A DNA stretch of 64,000 bases from an uncultured Chloroflexia bacterium (GCA_963765765.1 CAVXYC010000029.1:32001-96000); one strand, 5' to 3'; shown: positions 50,369 through 61,125, numbered from the stretch's first letter. Translations and numbers: made by a program. Notes: a model not told the origin generated them from the letters alone.

Positions 50369-51499
50369 CTAAGAGCTGACGCCAATTCGTTCGACTGCGT
50401 TCCTGCGCTGAGTTCGTTGCACAAAAAGATTTTCGACAAGCGTGGTGAATTCTGACCGGAAGGTGTTGAGGCTGAAGCGCTCAGCGTTGCAACGAATGAG
50501 TCTGGAGTCCCAGCTCTGCATCTCAAATGTTCGGACGGCGCCCATCAGGGCATCAGACGTCTGATCGAAGAAATACGTTCCAGTCGTGCCATCCACAACA
50601 GTATCAAGCGCTCCGCCCGCGGCGAACGCAATTACCGGGCGCCCGCAGGCCTGCGCTTCGACCGGAGCAATGCCAAAATCTTCCTCCCCCGGGAAGATGA
50701 ATGCTCGGCAGCGCCCGTAAAGATCGCGCAGGTCAGCGTCGCTTACGCGTCCCAGGAACTCGATGTTGCCGCGAGCGGTGGCCTGAAGGCCTGCTCTGTC
50801 TCTGCCATCTCCGACGATTTTCAACGGAAGCCCAAGATGGTTGAACGCGTCTACGACGAGGTCAACGCGCTTATAGGGAATCAGTCGCGACGCCACGAGA
50901 AAGAAGTCGTCGACGGTTCCTGCTGGGCGAAATGCTTCTGTATCGACCGGCGGATAGATAACCGATGCGTCGCGACGATAGAACTTTTCGATACGGTCGG
51001 CCACGGCTCGCGAGATCGCAACAAATGAGTCCACTCGATTCGCAGCGGCAACGTCCCACATGCGCAGATAGTTCATAACGGGCGGCAGGGCAATACGGGC
51101 CAGCGGCCCCAGTCGCTCGCGATTTACATAATCGTGATATCGCCACGCCCATCGCATCGGGGTCAGGCAATAGCAGATGTGCACTGTCTCGGGGTTGGTG
51201 ATGACTGACTTTGCCCAGGCGCTACTGTTGGAGATGACGACGTCGAACCCGCTCAGGTCGAAGTTCTCGAACACGAGCGGATAGAACGGCAGGTAGCTCT
51301 GGTGACGAGACATGACGCCGGGCAGCCGTTGCATGAACGATGTCCGGATATCCATCCGCCGATAGCTGGCGGGCATGGCCTCGGGATCAAAGATGGAGGT
51401 AAAGATGGGCGCCTCGGGAAACAGCTCGTGCATGGCCTCGAGCACACGCTCGGCGCCGCCATACTGATTCAAATAGTCGTGGACGAGTGCTACGCGCAT
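50369..51499 (-). CDS. GT4 glycosyltransferase (WbaZ-like)
   Basis: RVALVHDYL..GGAERVL, YCLTPMR, YPPVD, SRLIPYKR, EEDFGIAPVEAQACG. Confidence 0.92.
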   Translation of the reverse strand: MRVALVHDYLNQYGGAERVLEAMHELFPEAPIFTSIFDPEAMPASYRRMDIRTSFMQRLPGVMSRHQSYLPFYPLVFENFDLSGFDVVISNSSAWAKSVITNPETVHICYCLTPMRWAWRYHDYVNRERLGPLARIALPPVMNYLRMWDVAAANRVDSFVAISRAVADRIEKFYRRDASVIYPPVDTEAFRPAGTVDDFFLVASRLIPYKRVDLVVDAFNHLGLPLKIVGDGRDRAGLQATARGNIEFLGRVSDADLRDLYGRCRAFIFPGEEDFGIAPVEAQACGRPVIAFAAGGALDTVVDGTTGTYFFDQTSDALMGAVRTFEMQSWDSRLIRCNAERFSLNTFRSEFTTLVENLFVQRTQRRNAVERIGVSS

Positions 51500-51505
51500 A
51501 GTCGG

Positions 51506-53023
51506 CTAGAACGCCCCTCCACCCCAGAGGACCGTGGGGATAGTCCGGAGAAAGATCCGGAGGTCGAGCGAAAGCGACCAATGCTCGATGTAGTAGATGT
51601 CGTACATCACCATTTCGTCGAAGTCGAGCTCACTTCGCCCGCTGACCTGCCACAGCCCGGTCATGCCTGGTGATACCGCGAGTCGCTTCTTGTGCCACTC
51701 CTCGTATTGCTCGACTTCCGAGGGAATCGGAGGCCTCGGACCAACCAGGCTCATGTCACCGCGCAGCACATTCACGAGCTGTGGAATCTCGTCCACTGAA
51801 AAGCGCCGTATAAACCGCCCGACACGAGTCAGTCGGGGATCCTGACGAATCTTGAACAGCGGTCCAACAGCCTCGTTCTTCTCTTCCAGAAGTGTCCGTT
51901 CATCCGCCGCGTTGGGTTTCATTGACCGAAATTTGAACATGGTGAACGGCTCACCATTCTTACCGACCCGTGTATGGCGGAAGATGGCCGGTCCACCTGG
52001 AGATTCAATCTTGATCACGAGGGCAATGAGCGCCATGATCGGGGAAGCTACAAGCAGAGCGGCCGAGGACAGCACGACATCTATGGCTCGCTTCACCACT
52101 CGATTCCAACCCTGAATCGAGACCTCTCGAAGACCGATCAGCGGAATGCCGAGCACTGTGTCAGTATCAACGAGACTCAGTCTCATCTCATACATATCCG
52201 GGACGACCTTGAAAGTGAGTCCGCCCCGTCGACATTGATCCAAGGTTTCCAGAACTTTCTCGTGCAGCGCTGGCGGGAGCGCAACAATCACCTGTGTGAC
52301 GTCGAAGCTCTCAATGACTTTTGCAAGCTCATCGATCGTTCCAAGTGCATGGAAGCGACCGAAATCGTCGCGTGCCGATTCACTAAGGAAGCCAACGACG
52401 TAATATCCGCGATTCCGCTGCGCGGCGAGGGCCTGCATCACCATCCGGCCCCGATTGCTATCTCCGACGACGAGCACTCGTTCCACGGCAGTGCCTCGCC
52501 TGTGCAAGGTGCTAATCAACATTCCTATGAGCGCGCGCCCAAGGAGCACCGCCAGGCTCGCGAGCGCCCAGACGTAAATAAATGTCCAACGCGAGGATGC
52601 CGGATAACGAAGCATGGCGGTGCCCGCGAAGAGCATCATGACGCCGAAGCCAGTGGACTTTACAACCCCCGGGCCGATGTCCACGATGGACCGTGTCGGC
52701 AAGCGGTAAAGGCCCGCAAAATGAAACTGAAGTGGCAGGATGACCGCAAGAGCCAGCTGAAGTGGGGCATAGACAGAGTACGGGACGTAATCCTCTGGCT
52801 CCACGTCTCCCCCAAGCTGAGCCACATAGCGGAGATACCAGGCGAGATAGAACGCCCCGCTTATGACAGCGAAATCAACCAGGAGTAGAGCGAACGGAAT
52901 CAGTCGTCGCAAGCGCGCTTGTTGCCGTTCCGCGGTGACGCGAACGGACTCAGGAGCATTTGAGGCGTTGGGTGTGGCAGGCGCAATCAGGGACTCAATC
53001 ACGGAATTCGTGCCGTCACTCAC
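51506..53023 (-). CDS. undecaprenyl-phosphate sugar-1-phosphate transferase (WcaJ/CpsE-like)
   Basis: TM N-terminus, Rossmann-like middle, KRAID, FKFRSM, DPRLTRVG, DEIPQL.NVLRGDMSLVGPRP, PGMTGLWQVSGRS. Confidence 0.93.
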   Translation of the reverse strand: MSDGTNSVIESLIAPATPNASNAPESVRVTAERQQARLRRLIPFALLLVDFAVISGAFYLAWYLRYVAQLGGDVEPEDYVPYSVYAPLQLALAVILPLQFHFAGLYRLPTRSIVDIGPGVVKSTGFGVMMLFAGTAMLRYPASSRWTFIYVWALASLAVLLGRALIGMLISTLHRRGTAVERVLVVGDSNRGRMVMQALAAQRNRGYYVVGFLSESARDDFGRFHALGTIDELAKVIESFDVTQVIVALPPALHEKVLETLDQCRRGGLTFKVVPDMYEMRLSLVDTDTVLGIPLIGLREVSIQGWNRVVKRAIDVVLSSAALLVASPIMALIALVIKIESPGGPAIFRHTRVGKNGEPFTMFKFRSMKPNAADERTLLEEKNEAVGPLFKIRQDPRLTRVGRFIRRFSVDEIPQLVNVLRGDMSLVGPRPPIPSEVEQYEEWHKKRLAVSPGMTGLWQVSGRSELDFDEMVMYDIYYIEHWSLSLDLRIFLRTIPTVLWGGGAF

Positions 53024-54176
53024 CTGCGTGACCGCCAGGGGACTTGGTCAGGCGCTCATAAACGGCGGCGGTCTCCGCCGCCATATGCTCCCAGCGAAAT
53101 CGAGCTGCCTGCTTTCGACCGGCCAATGATAGTCTACGGCGCAGGTCAGAGTCAGAAGCGATTTGGGAGAGAGCTGAAGTCAGCGATTCTTCATTTTCTG
53201 GCGGAACAAGTTTGCCGGCTTCTCCCACCACCTCAGGCAACGATGACGCCGTGGTTGTGATCACGGGTGTCCCGCAAGCCATAGCTTCTGCCACTGGCAG
53301 CCCGAACCCTTCATAGTGAGACGGGTAAACGAATGCAGTTGCCGCGGAGTACCAGAGGGGCAGGTCCTCGGAAGGTACGAACCCCGGGAACCTGACGTTG
53401 TCCCCGAGTCCCAATTGATCCACGAGATCGAATACCTCTTGATCTTTCCAACCGCGACCACCTGCCAGAATGAGCGGCAGCGGATTCTCCGCATCACGCC
53501 GATAGCGAGCGTACGCTCGAACCAGGCCCGCTACATTCTTCCGAGGCTCAATCGTTCCAACGTAGAGAAAAAACTCTTCGGGAAGCTGGTTTCGCTGGCG
53601 GAATGCCTGAATCTGAGTTTCCGGCGCGGGCTGAAACCGGTGGGACACACCGCAGTAGGTTGTAACAACCTTGTCAGGTGCCACTCCGAACAGTCTGATG
53701 ACGTCCCGGCGGGTGCTCTCTGAGATAGTCAGGACCGTGGTAGCTTTTCGCGCCGAAAGTCGGGCGATGGTCGCCAGGTACATAGCGTTGGAACGATTGA
53801 ACAGCCGCGGGTAGCGCACGAAGCTTAAATCGCAGATGGTCATGACGGATCGGCCCTTCCAGGCGAGCGGAAGTGCGTAGCCCAGAGCGTGGATCAGGTC
53901 TGGCGGTCGACGAGCCAGGACGAGCGGCTGAATCAACTGTTCCCACACGACGCGCATCGAGGGTTTTCGAAAAGCCGAGCTGAGCACGGTCGTCCGAAAA
54001 TTTGGTGTCGGGGATAGACAAATTTCGGTAGGCTCGTAAGTGACGAACGCCTCGTAGCATTGCTCCGGTGCTCTCAGACGGAGTTGTGTTAGCAGCTCAT
54101 AGATGTACTGACTGATGCCCGCTGACCGATACGACGCGGACTGGGAAAGAAGGAGCGCGTTCAGGACAATCTTCAC
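53016..54176 (-). CDS. GT4 glycosyltransferase (MtfB-like)
   Basis: AGISQY, TICDL, LYVGTIEPRKN, YPSHYEGFGLPVAEAMACG. Confidence 0.92.
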   Translation of the reverse strand: MKIVLNALLLSQSASYRSAGISQYIYELLTQLRLRAPEQCYEAFVTYEPTEICLSPTPNFRTTVLSSAFRKPSMRVVWEQLIQPLVLARRPPDLIHALGYALPLAWKGRSVMTICDLSFVRYPRLFNRSNAMYLATIARLSARKATTVLTISESTRRDVIRLFGVAPDKVVTTYCGVSHRFQPAPETQIQAFRQRNQLPEEFFLYVGTIEPRKNVAGLVRAYARYRRDAENPLPLILAGGRGWKDQEVFDLVDQLGLGDNVRFPGFVPSEDLPLWYSAATAFVYPSHYEGFGLPVAEAMACGTPVITTTASSLPEVVGEAGKLVPPENEESLTSALSQIASDSDLRRRLSLAGRKQAARFRWEHMAAETAAVYERLTKSPGGHAGE

Positions 54177-54475
54177 GATGGTAGGGGGAGCGGGAATGTT
54201 ACCAGTCGGAGCGCTTCGGTAGGAATTCGCTCCTGAGGTCCACATCGTGGCGGCTCTCAGGGGTCGAGCTCAGGAGATCACCGGGATGAGAAATTGAAGC
54301 TCCGAGACGCCCACGTCGGAAGCGGACCCGCAGAATCGTGAAGACCGCGGACTCTATGAACCTCCATTTTGACCAACCCCATCGATTCCAGGGCGGTTCA
54401 ATTGTCGGAGCGTTTCTCAGCGTGATATCGTGATGCCATTCAGGGTGCTCGGCACGAGCCGCGCCCCATTCATTC

Positions 54476-55414
54476 ATGACGGGTGCTGCCGTACGCGACG
54501 CTGACTCCGCGCCTAGCCCGATGGCGATAGTCTGGAATCCCAGACCATCCAACGCTGGCAGACTTCTCGCTATCATCGCCGCGTTCTCGCTTGTGCTCAG
54601 CGCTGTGGTGTTCTGGCTGGCGACACGCCAAGACGTGGGCCTGGGCATGTTCTTTGGCTTGCTCATTGGAGCAATGGCGCTCAGTCTCGGCGGTGCGGTT
54701 GCAGTGGCCGCGTTGGGATACTTTACTCTCCGCTATTCACTGGAGCCCGACGCGCTCGTCATTACCTGGTTGGATCGGGAAGAGCGTATTCCCTATGGGC
54801 AAATCGATGGAATCCTCGGCGGTGGGCGCCTTGGGCCATTACATGTTCGTGGACTGGATCTTCCCGGTTACAGGGTAGGGGCAAGCAGATCGCGCGCACT
54901 CGGCCTCATCCGCATCTATGCCACGAGTGGTCGACCCGACGACATTATTCTGGTGCTCACCGATACAACAAGCTACGCGCTAACCCCGTCAAGTATCGAA
55001 GAGTTCCGACAACAGCTCATACTATCCGCTGAGGCCAGCAGTCCCGAGCGGGAAGCTGCGAGTCAGGCGATCCGACCGGGCGTCCAAGCGGTCCCTCGAG
55101 ATGCAGTCATGCTCGGGTCCGCGGTCTTATCCATTGTGCTCGTGGCGTTGATGGTTGCCTGGATCATGGCCCGCTTTGCGTCTCTGCCGGATCTCATGCC
55201 GATTCATTTCGACGCCATGGCTAACCCAAATTTTGTGGCGCCTAAAGCGGACGTGTTCCGCTTCCCCGGGGTAGGTGGCGCGATTCTGCTGATCAATGCG
55301 GTTATCTGCGCGGCAATTTACACGACCGAGCGCGGCGCAGCCCGACTTCTCGCGATCAGCACAATTGTGATCGAGCTGGTGACACTTGTGGCCGTCGTGC
55401 GGGTCGTGTCCTAA
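54476..55414 (+). CDS. membrane protein with bacterial PH-like domain and DUF1648-like C-terminal region
   Basis: TM-TM, YSLEPDALVI...RIPYGQI PH-like strand pattern, then TM and LPDLMPIHFDAM.NPN (DUF1648-like) with more TMs. Confidence 0.65.
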   Translation: MTGAAVRDADSAPSPMAIVWNPRPSNAGRLLAIIAAFSLVLSAVVFWLATRQDVGLGMFFGLLIGAMALSLGGAVAVAALGYFTLRYSLEPDALVITWLDREERIPYGQIDGILGGGRLGPLHVRGLDLPGYRVGASRSRALGLIRIYATSGRPDDIILVLTDTTSYALTPSSIEEFRQQLILSAEASSPEREAASQAIRPGVQAVPRDAVMLGSAVLSIVLVALMVAWIMARFASLPDLMPIHFDAMANPNFVAPKADVFRFPGVGGAILLINAVICAAIYTTERGAARLLAISTIVIELVTLVAVVRVVS

Positions 55415-55444
55415 GAGCGGTCGCACCCTCCTACGCTTTGGGCT

Positions 55445-55619
55445 GCGGCGGTCTTCGCCGCTTTCCCGCGAGGCCGGAAGTCGTAACCTGTGTCGCTCCG
55501 CTCAGTATGAAGCGACGAAGACTGTCGCAGACAAAGCGCGTCGTCGGGCCGGTGTCATTCTGCGTGGAGCCACTCGGTGCCAGCGCTTCAGGCTCGGGTC
55601 AAGCGGCGAAGCCAGCCGC
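55445..55619. repeat. degenerate REP-like inverted doublet
   Basis: GCGGCGGTCTTCGCCGCTT (55445-55463) versus AAGCGGCGAAGCCAGCCGC (55601-55619). Each arm is itself a hairpin. Lies between convergent genes. Confidence 0.55.
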
Positions 55620-55631
55620 GCTCGAAGGCAG

Positions 55632-56984
55632 TTAAAGCGCCGAGAAATTGCGGCCTAGGGTTACGCGCACGTCCAGTTGACTGTCGCCCGCGCCCGAACG
55701 AACGGCGGTTGCCGGAAGCTGGAGTGCCACCGCTATGGCTCGCGCGGCCTCAATCTTTCCGTTGAAGTAGACAATCGTGCTTTCTGGGAGGTCCGTGCGG
55801 TCGGCGGATCCGACACGCACGTTCTGATGACCTAGATCGCGCAGCATGACCCCAACGTTGGTGGCGAGATTCTGTCGCTGTGTGCCGTTGAGAACTTCGA
55901 TTCGAACACCTTCTGTCCGACTGGCCACTGATTCAGTCTCAGCGCGCTCAATAGCACGGCGGATATCGGCGGTACGTGGACGGAGCAGGTCCTCCCCTTG
56001 GGGGCCTGTGAACGGATCGGCGTATTGCGTATCGATGACGAGATTGACGATCTTCTCTCGGTCGATCTCCGAAGCGAGGCGCGCGAGTGCAAGCAGCTCC
56101 GTAGGCGAAAAGTTTGTGGAGACTGTCTGCTGTGCGAGGCCGATGAGAGTAGGCGCTTTAGGCAGCATGTTGAGCTGCATGGCGCGATCGCGCAGAGCCA
56201 CCAGCAGGCGTTGCTGTCGGCGGGCACGACCGAAATCATTCTCACTGTGGCGTGATCGCGCATATTGAAGCGCTGTTCGCCCGTCGAGTAACTGCGGGCC
56301 CCCGGGGATGTAAATCCGTTGGTAGCCGTAATCCTCAGTGGGATATTCATCGTCTTTGATTGGACGTTCTACGTCGACGATAACCCCGCCGACGGTATCC
56401 ACAATCTGCTCGAATCCGCGGAAGCTCACGCGGCCGAAGAATTTGGATTTGATCGCGAAGTTAGCATCCAGCGTCCGCTGCAACAGCTCCGGGCCGCCGA
56501 CCGAGTGGGCCACATTGATTCGCTGATTGTAAGAACCTGGGATGCTCACCCAGAGATCTCGGGGAAAGGAGATCATCGCCGCGGTCTTACTGACCGGATC
56601 GATGCTCAGCAACAGCACGGTGTCAGCACGGCTACCTTCCAGAGGTTCGTCGTCGCGCTGGTCGACACCGAGCAGCGTGATATTGATCCGTTCCGTCCCC
56701 TGCCATTCTGGAAGGATGGTTACTGGGGCTGGAAGTGGAAGCGAAGGCAGAGAAGGGCCACGCCGGGCGATGTCTGGTGGCTGCAGAACAATCGGCGCGG
56801 TGCCCGGAACGGCCACCGTGATGCGACCTCGGTTGGCAAGCTCCTGGTAATTGGCAATGAACAGCCACCCAGAGTAGAAGCCACCCGCCACAAAGATGGA
56901 GAACGCGAATCCGAGGAAGAACGCTACGGCCCTGGGCAATCCGCCTGCGCCGCCGTCATCGTGGTCAAAATGATCCAAGGCCAC
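55632..56984 (-). CDS. LCP (LytR-CpsA-Psr) family glycopolymer transferase with LytR_C domain
   Basis: TM, NITLLGVD, RADT, SFPRDLWV, IVDTVGGV, ALQYARSRH, DFGRARRQQ, C-terminal EVLNGT...VTLG. Confidence 0.92.
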   Translation of the reverse strand: MALDHFDHDDGGAGGLPRAVAFFLGFAFSIFVAGGFYSGWLFIANYQELANRGRITVAVPGTAPIVLQPPDIARRGPSLPSLPLPAPVTILPEWQGTERINITLLGVDQRDDEPLEGSRADTVLLLSIDPVSKTAAMISFPRDLWVSIPGSYNQRINVAHSVGGPELLQRTLDANFAIKSKFFGRVSFRGFEQIVDTVGGVIVDVERPIKDDEYPTEDYGYQRIYIPGGPQLLDGRTALQYARSRHSENDFGRARRQQRLLVALRDRAMQLNMLPKAPTLIGLAQQTVSTNFSPTELLALARLASEIDREKIVNLVIDTQYADPFTGPQGEDLLRPRTADIRRAIERAETESVASRTEGVRIEVLNGTQRQNLATNVGVMLRDLGHQNVRVGSADRTDLPESTIVYFNGKIEAARAIAVALQLPATAVRSGAGDSQLDVRVTLGRNFSAL

Positions 56985-57056
56985 GTTACAGCGTTATTGT
57001 CCTTAGAGATCGTACGTGCATCTCTGATCGATCCAACTTGTGGGGCGCTTCGGCCA

Positions 57057-58157
57057 TTAAGGGGTGCAGACCCGGTTCAACGCAGCCTGTACGGATGCTG
57101 ATGGAATATCAGAGTGGATTTCTGCGTGCCCGATACGGGTCAGCATAATCCAGTTTATCGTGCCAGCACGATTTTTCTTGTCCAGCGTGAGCGCCGGCGC
57201 TAGTGCGTCAGGAGTCACCTCGCAATAGAGCGGTAGGCCCAAGGCATGAAGGAGTGCGCGCTGTCGAGCGGCGTCATCTTGATTAAGAATGCCGACGGAC
57301 TGAGCGATCGACGCACTCGCCTCCATCCCAATACTGACAGCTTCTCCATGTAAGTAACGCTGATACGCCGTAGCAGCCTCTATCGCGTGGCCTACGGTAT
57401 GACCGTAATTCAGGATCATTCGCAGGCCTGCTTCTTCATGATCAGACGTGACGACTTGACCTTTGAGCTCAACGCTACGCGCGATAGCGTCGATGAGGGA
57501 CTCGGTCTCGCCGCGGGCCAGCGCCGCGCTTTCGCGCTCGAGCCTCGCAAACATGTCCGCGTCTAGTATCGCCGCCATCTTCGCGACTTCCGCGAGCCCG
57601 GCGCGCCGCTCGCGATCCGGCAACGTTTCTAATGTGTTCACATCCGAGATCACGATACGAGCGTCATAAAAGGCGCCAATTAGATTCTTGCCGCGTGGAT
57701 GGTCGATACCCGTCTTTCCGCCCACACTCGAGTCCACCTGCGCAAGCACCGTTGTCGGAATCTGTACCAGCGGTACGCCCCTCAAATATGTCGCGGCAAC
57801 AAACCCCACCATGTCGCCAACAACGCCACCACCAAAAGCGATGATCGGATCACGTCGCTCGGCGCGCTGCTCCACAAGCCAATCGTAGATTGCCGCCACA
57901 GACTCGAGGTTTTTTTTATCTTCACCGGCTTCGATCTCTAGAACTGGCGGCAAGATTCCGAGCTGCTTGAATCCCTCGAAAAGATGTTCACCATGAAGCG
58001 CCCAAACGTTACGATCCGCCACGATGCGCGCCGTGCCCTTGAGTCCCGCAGTCTGGATAAGATCGGCGGCACGCGGCAGGAGGCCTGATCCGATATAGAC
58101 GTCGTAGGCGGAGCTACCCTCACCAACAGTGATGACGTGATCAGCTCGAGTGTTCAT
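57057..58157 (-). CDS. aroB: 3-dehydroquinate synthase
   Basis: GGGVVGDMVGF, YLRG, PTTVLAQVDSSVGGKTG, KNLIGAF, LNYGHT.GHAIE, HGEAV, DKK. Confidence 0.96.
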   Translation of the reverse strand: MNTRADHVITVGEGSSAYDVYIGSGLLPRAADLIQTAGLKGTARIVADRNVWALHGEHLFEGFKQLGILPPVLEIEAGEDKKNLESVAAIYDWLVEQRAERRDPIIAFGGGVVGDMVGFVAATYLRGVPLVQIPTTVLAQVDSSVGGKTGIDHPRGKNLIGAFYDARIVISDVNTLETLPDRERRAGLAEVAKMAAILDADMFARLERESAALARGETESLIDAIARSVELKGQVVTSDHEEAGLRMILNYGHTVGHAIEAATAYQRYLHGEAVSIGMEASASIAQSVGILNQDDAARQRALLHALGLPLYCEVTPDALAPALTLDKKNRAGTINWIMLTRIGHAEIHSDIPSASVQAALNRVCTP

Positions 58158-58689
58158 AAGCCTTTACAATCATCTCCGCGACGGTGTCCGGTGACGCTTC
58201 ATCGGTGGCGATCACGGCGTGGGCTTGCTCATAGTACCTGGATCGGGCTTGCAGGAGCGAAGTCAGGCGATCACGCAGATCTCCTTGCAGCAATGGACGC
58301 TCACCCGCTCCCTGATTGGTCAGTCGAGCGACGAGCGCATCTGGCGTCGTCCTTAGATACACAACAAACCCGCGTTCCCAAAGCTCCTCACGATTTGCTG
58401 GGAGAAGGATGGCGCCACCGCCCGTTGCGACGACCTGTTTCTCCCCACGCATCACTTGACTCACGACATCGGCTTCCACCCGACGAAACTCGTCCTCGCC
58501 AAAATTCGCGAAGAACTGTGTGATCGCGCACCGTGTCTTGGCCTCAATGAGAACGTCGGTATCAATGCTGGCCCATCCAAGCAGACCCGCGAGGCAGGAG
58601 GCGACGGTTGACTTGCCACAGCCGCTGAGACCGATCAGAACGATATTAGGTGCGAGCCTCTCAGACGACGGCTGGCTCGTACGTGGCAA
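58141..58689 (-). CDS. aroK: shikimate kinase
   Basis: LIGLSGCGKST, DTD, GEDEFR, VATGGG, RPLL. No ATG near the expected start, so TTG at 58689 is assumed. Confidence 0.92.
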   Translation of the reverse strand: MPRTSQPSSERLAPNIVLIGLSGCGKSTVASCLAGLLGWASIDTDVLIEAKTRCAITQFFANFGEDEFRRVEADVVSQVMRGEKQVVATGGGAILLPANREELWERGFVVYLRTTPDALVARLTNQGAGERPLLQGDLRDRLTSLLQARSRYYEQAHAVIATDEASPDTVAEMIVKAYEHSS

Positions 58690-59869
58690 TGTAGGACCGG
58701 TAGTTGCGCTCGATCTCGGCGATACTATCACCACCAAACTTTTGTCGGAATGCATCGGCCAGCACGATCGCGAGCATAGCCTCGCCCACGACACCCGCGG
58801 CCGGAATGACACACACGTCGCTCCGCTCTACGTGCGCCACAGCTCTCTCCCGAGTTGCCAGGTCGGTGGACGGTAGCGGCTTCATCAGCGTGGCAATTGG
58901 CTTCGCCGCCGCCCTCGCTACTATCGGGGCGCCGTTCGTGATGCCGCCCTCGGTGCCGCCGGCGTTGTTTGTATCGTGGAGCCAACCCAGCTCATCGTTG
59001 TAGGAGATGACGTCGTGAACTTTTGATCCTCGGCGAGCTGCTTCAGCGAATCCGTCACCCACCTCGGCGCCCTTGATTGATGGAATGCTGCCCAGCGCTC
59101 CCACAATCCGACCATCCAGGCGGTCCTCCCATTGTGCGAAGCTTCCCAGGCCGATCGGAACGTTGTAGGCGACGACTTCGAAGACCCCTCCGAGCGTATC
59201 GCCCTCTGAGCGGGCCGCATCAATCGCCTCGATCATGCGCTCCGCCGATGCGGAGTCACCGGTTCGAACCGCCGATTCTTCGACCGATTCAAAGAACGAG
59301 GCGATGGCCGGATTCTTACTGCCGCGCTTATCCAGACGGATCTCGTCGGGTACGTGCGCTTCGACTTCTCCGATTCGCACCGTGTGACTAAAGATCTCGA
59401 TACCGAAGTATTCCAGAAAAGCCCGGCACACTGAGCCCGCTGCAACGCGCGAGGTCGTTTCACGTGAGCTGGCGCGTTCCAGGACATTGCGAACATCGTC
59501 GTGGCTGTACTTGACCGCACCGGTGAAGTCGGCATGCCCGGGGCGCATCTTAGTTACCTTGGCAACGCGTTCGGTCGGTTCGGCGATATCCATTTTGCCC
59601 GCCCAGTTCGCCCAATCTAGATTGGCCACAACCATGGCGATCGGGCTACCGAGCGTTTCGCCGTAACGTACACCTGAGACGAACTGGACCTGATCCCGCT
59701 CGATCTTCATTCGACCGCCACGGCCATATCCACCCTGGCGGCGCGTCAGGTGCCGATTAACTTGGTCCGCGTTGAGCGGAAGTCCAGCCGGTATGTTGTC
59801 CAGAATAATCGTGCACTGCGGACCGTGACTCTCACCCGCGGTCTGTAACCGCAGTGCCTTCAGACTCAT
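58661..59869 (-). CDS. aroC: chorismate synthase
   Basis: TAGESHG, RRQGGYGRGGRM, RPGHAD, LERASSRET, NNAGG.EGGITNG, ERSDVC. Confidence 0.97.
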   Translation of the reverse strand: MSLKALRLQTAGESHGPQCTIILDNIPAGLPLNADQVNRHLTRRQGGYGRGGRMKIERDQVQFVSGVRYGETLGSPIAMVVANLDWANWAGKMDIAEPTERVAKVTKMRPGHADFTGAVKYSHDDVRNVLERASSRETTSRVAAGSVCRAFLEYFGIEIFSHTVRIGEVEAHVPDEIRLDKRGSKNPAIASFFESVEESAVRTGDSASAERMIEAIDAARSEGDTLGGVFEVVAYNVPIGLGSFAQWEDRLDGRIVGALGSIPSIKGAEVGDGFAEAARRGSKVHDVISYNDELGWLHDTNNAGGTEGGITNGAPIVARAAAKPIATLMKPLPSTDLATRERAVAHVERSDVCVIPAAGVVGEAMLAIVLADAFRQKFGGDSIAEIERNYRSYIATYEPAVV

Positions 59870-60018
59870 CGATCAGGCTCCTTGCTTGGTGCGCATTTTC
59901 AGTGTCAGTGCGATCGTAGCATATGATCGAAGGGCATTTTGATCTGGACGGCTTACATGCTCGGAGCGCCGCCGAGTATGGCGTCTGACCTCGCGTGGAA
60001 GGGCGAACGCCAACTCGG

Positions 60019-61071
60019 TTAAGCCTTCGCAACGGCGGTCTCTGATTGGGCCGCGGGTAGGGTCCGACCCACTGCTGGAACCAGCGCGCGCATACAGTCC
60101 ATCAGCCCGCTAAAATTCTCGAAGTTCAATGACTGTGGGCCGTCGGACAACGCGTGATCCGGCGAAGGATGAACTTCAATGATGAGACCGTCTGCGCCCG
60201 CCGCTGCCGCTGCCATCGCCATTGGCTTGACGAGATACCACTTACCGGTGGCATGACTCGGGTCGGCAATAACTGGCAGATGGCTGAGTCGCTTGATGTA
60301 CGGGATCGCAGCCAGGTCGAACGTGTTGCGTAACCATGGCTCGAACGTGCGAATGCCCCGTTCGCAGAGCATAAGTTGGTCATTGCCGGCATTGAGAATG
60401 TACTCGGCCGCCATCAGCCACTCTTCGAGCGTGCCGGCCAGTCCTCGCTTCAGCAGGACTGGCTTGTGGCTTCGCCCAACCTCACGTAGGAGTGGGAAAT
60501 TCTGCATGTTTCGGGCGCCCACCTGAAGCACATCGGTGTAGCGCGCTACAAGTGGCACGTCCTCGGGCGACATCACTTCGGTGATGATGGGTAGACCCGT
60601 CTCCGCCCTTGCCTCGGCCAGGAACTCCAGGCCTTCTTCACCGAGTCCCTGAAAACTGTACGGCGATGTGCGCGGCTTGAAGGCACCCCCGCGCAGCATG
60701 CGTGCACCGGCGGCCTTCACCGAGCGAGCCGTGGCAAGCATCTGATCGCGACTTTCCACAGAACACGGACCGGCCATGATGACGAGCTCATCGGCGCCAA
60801 TGCGTAGATCACCAACATTGACGATCGTATTCTCGGACTTGAACTCTCGACTCGCCTGTTTGTAGGGCTTGGTCACGCGAGTGACCTCGTCAACTCCGGG
60901 GAAGAGCTGTAGTGATTCCAGCAGCTCCGGGCCGAACGCGGTTCCCTTCACGCCGATGACGGTGCGCTCCGATCCATCAAAGACCAGCGACTCGAGTCCA
61001 AATTCGCCGATTCGCGCTTTTACGGCTTCCACCTGTTCTGGAGTGGCGCCGAGCTGCATCGAGATGATCAT
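60019..61071 (-). CDS. aroF: DAHP synthase, class I-beta with N-terminal regulatory domain
   Basis: [65 protein letters not shown]. Confidence 0.95.
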   Translation of the reverse strand: MIISMQLGATPEQVEAVKARIGEFGLESLVFDGSERTVIGVKGTAFGPELLESLQLFPGVDEVTRVTKPYKQASREFKSENTIVNVGDLRIGADELVIMAGPCSVESRDQMLATARSVKAAGARMLRGGAFKPRTSPYSFQGLGEEGLEFLAEARAETGLPIITEVMSPEDVPLVARYTDVLQVGARNMQNFPLLREVGRSHKPVLLKRGLAGTLEEWLMAAEYILNAGNDQLMLCERGIRTFEPWLRNTFDLAAIPYIKRLSHLPVIADPSHATGKWYLVKPMAMAAAAAGADGLIIEVHPSPDHALSDGPQSLNFENFSGLMDCMRALVPAVGRTLPAAQSETAVAKA

Positions 61072-61125
61072 CGTTCGACCGGCCTTTCTATACTTGTCTC
61101 GCGTCTGCGGATCGGAAGAAGTGGA

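Noticed and set aside
59972-60018. Hairpin CCGAGTATGGCGT/ACGCCAACTCGG between aroF and aroC
   Set aside because: A real stem, but with no U-tract or other supporting signal. It is most simply an mRNA-stabilising intercistronic structure.
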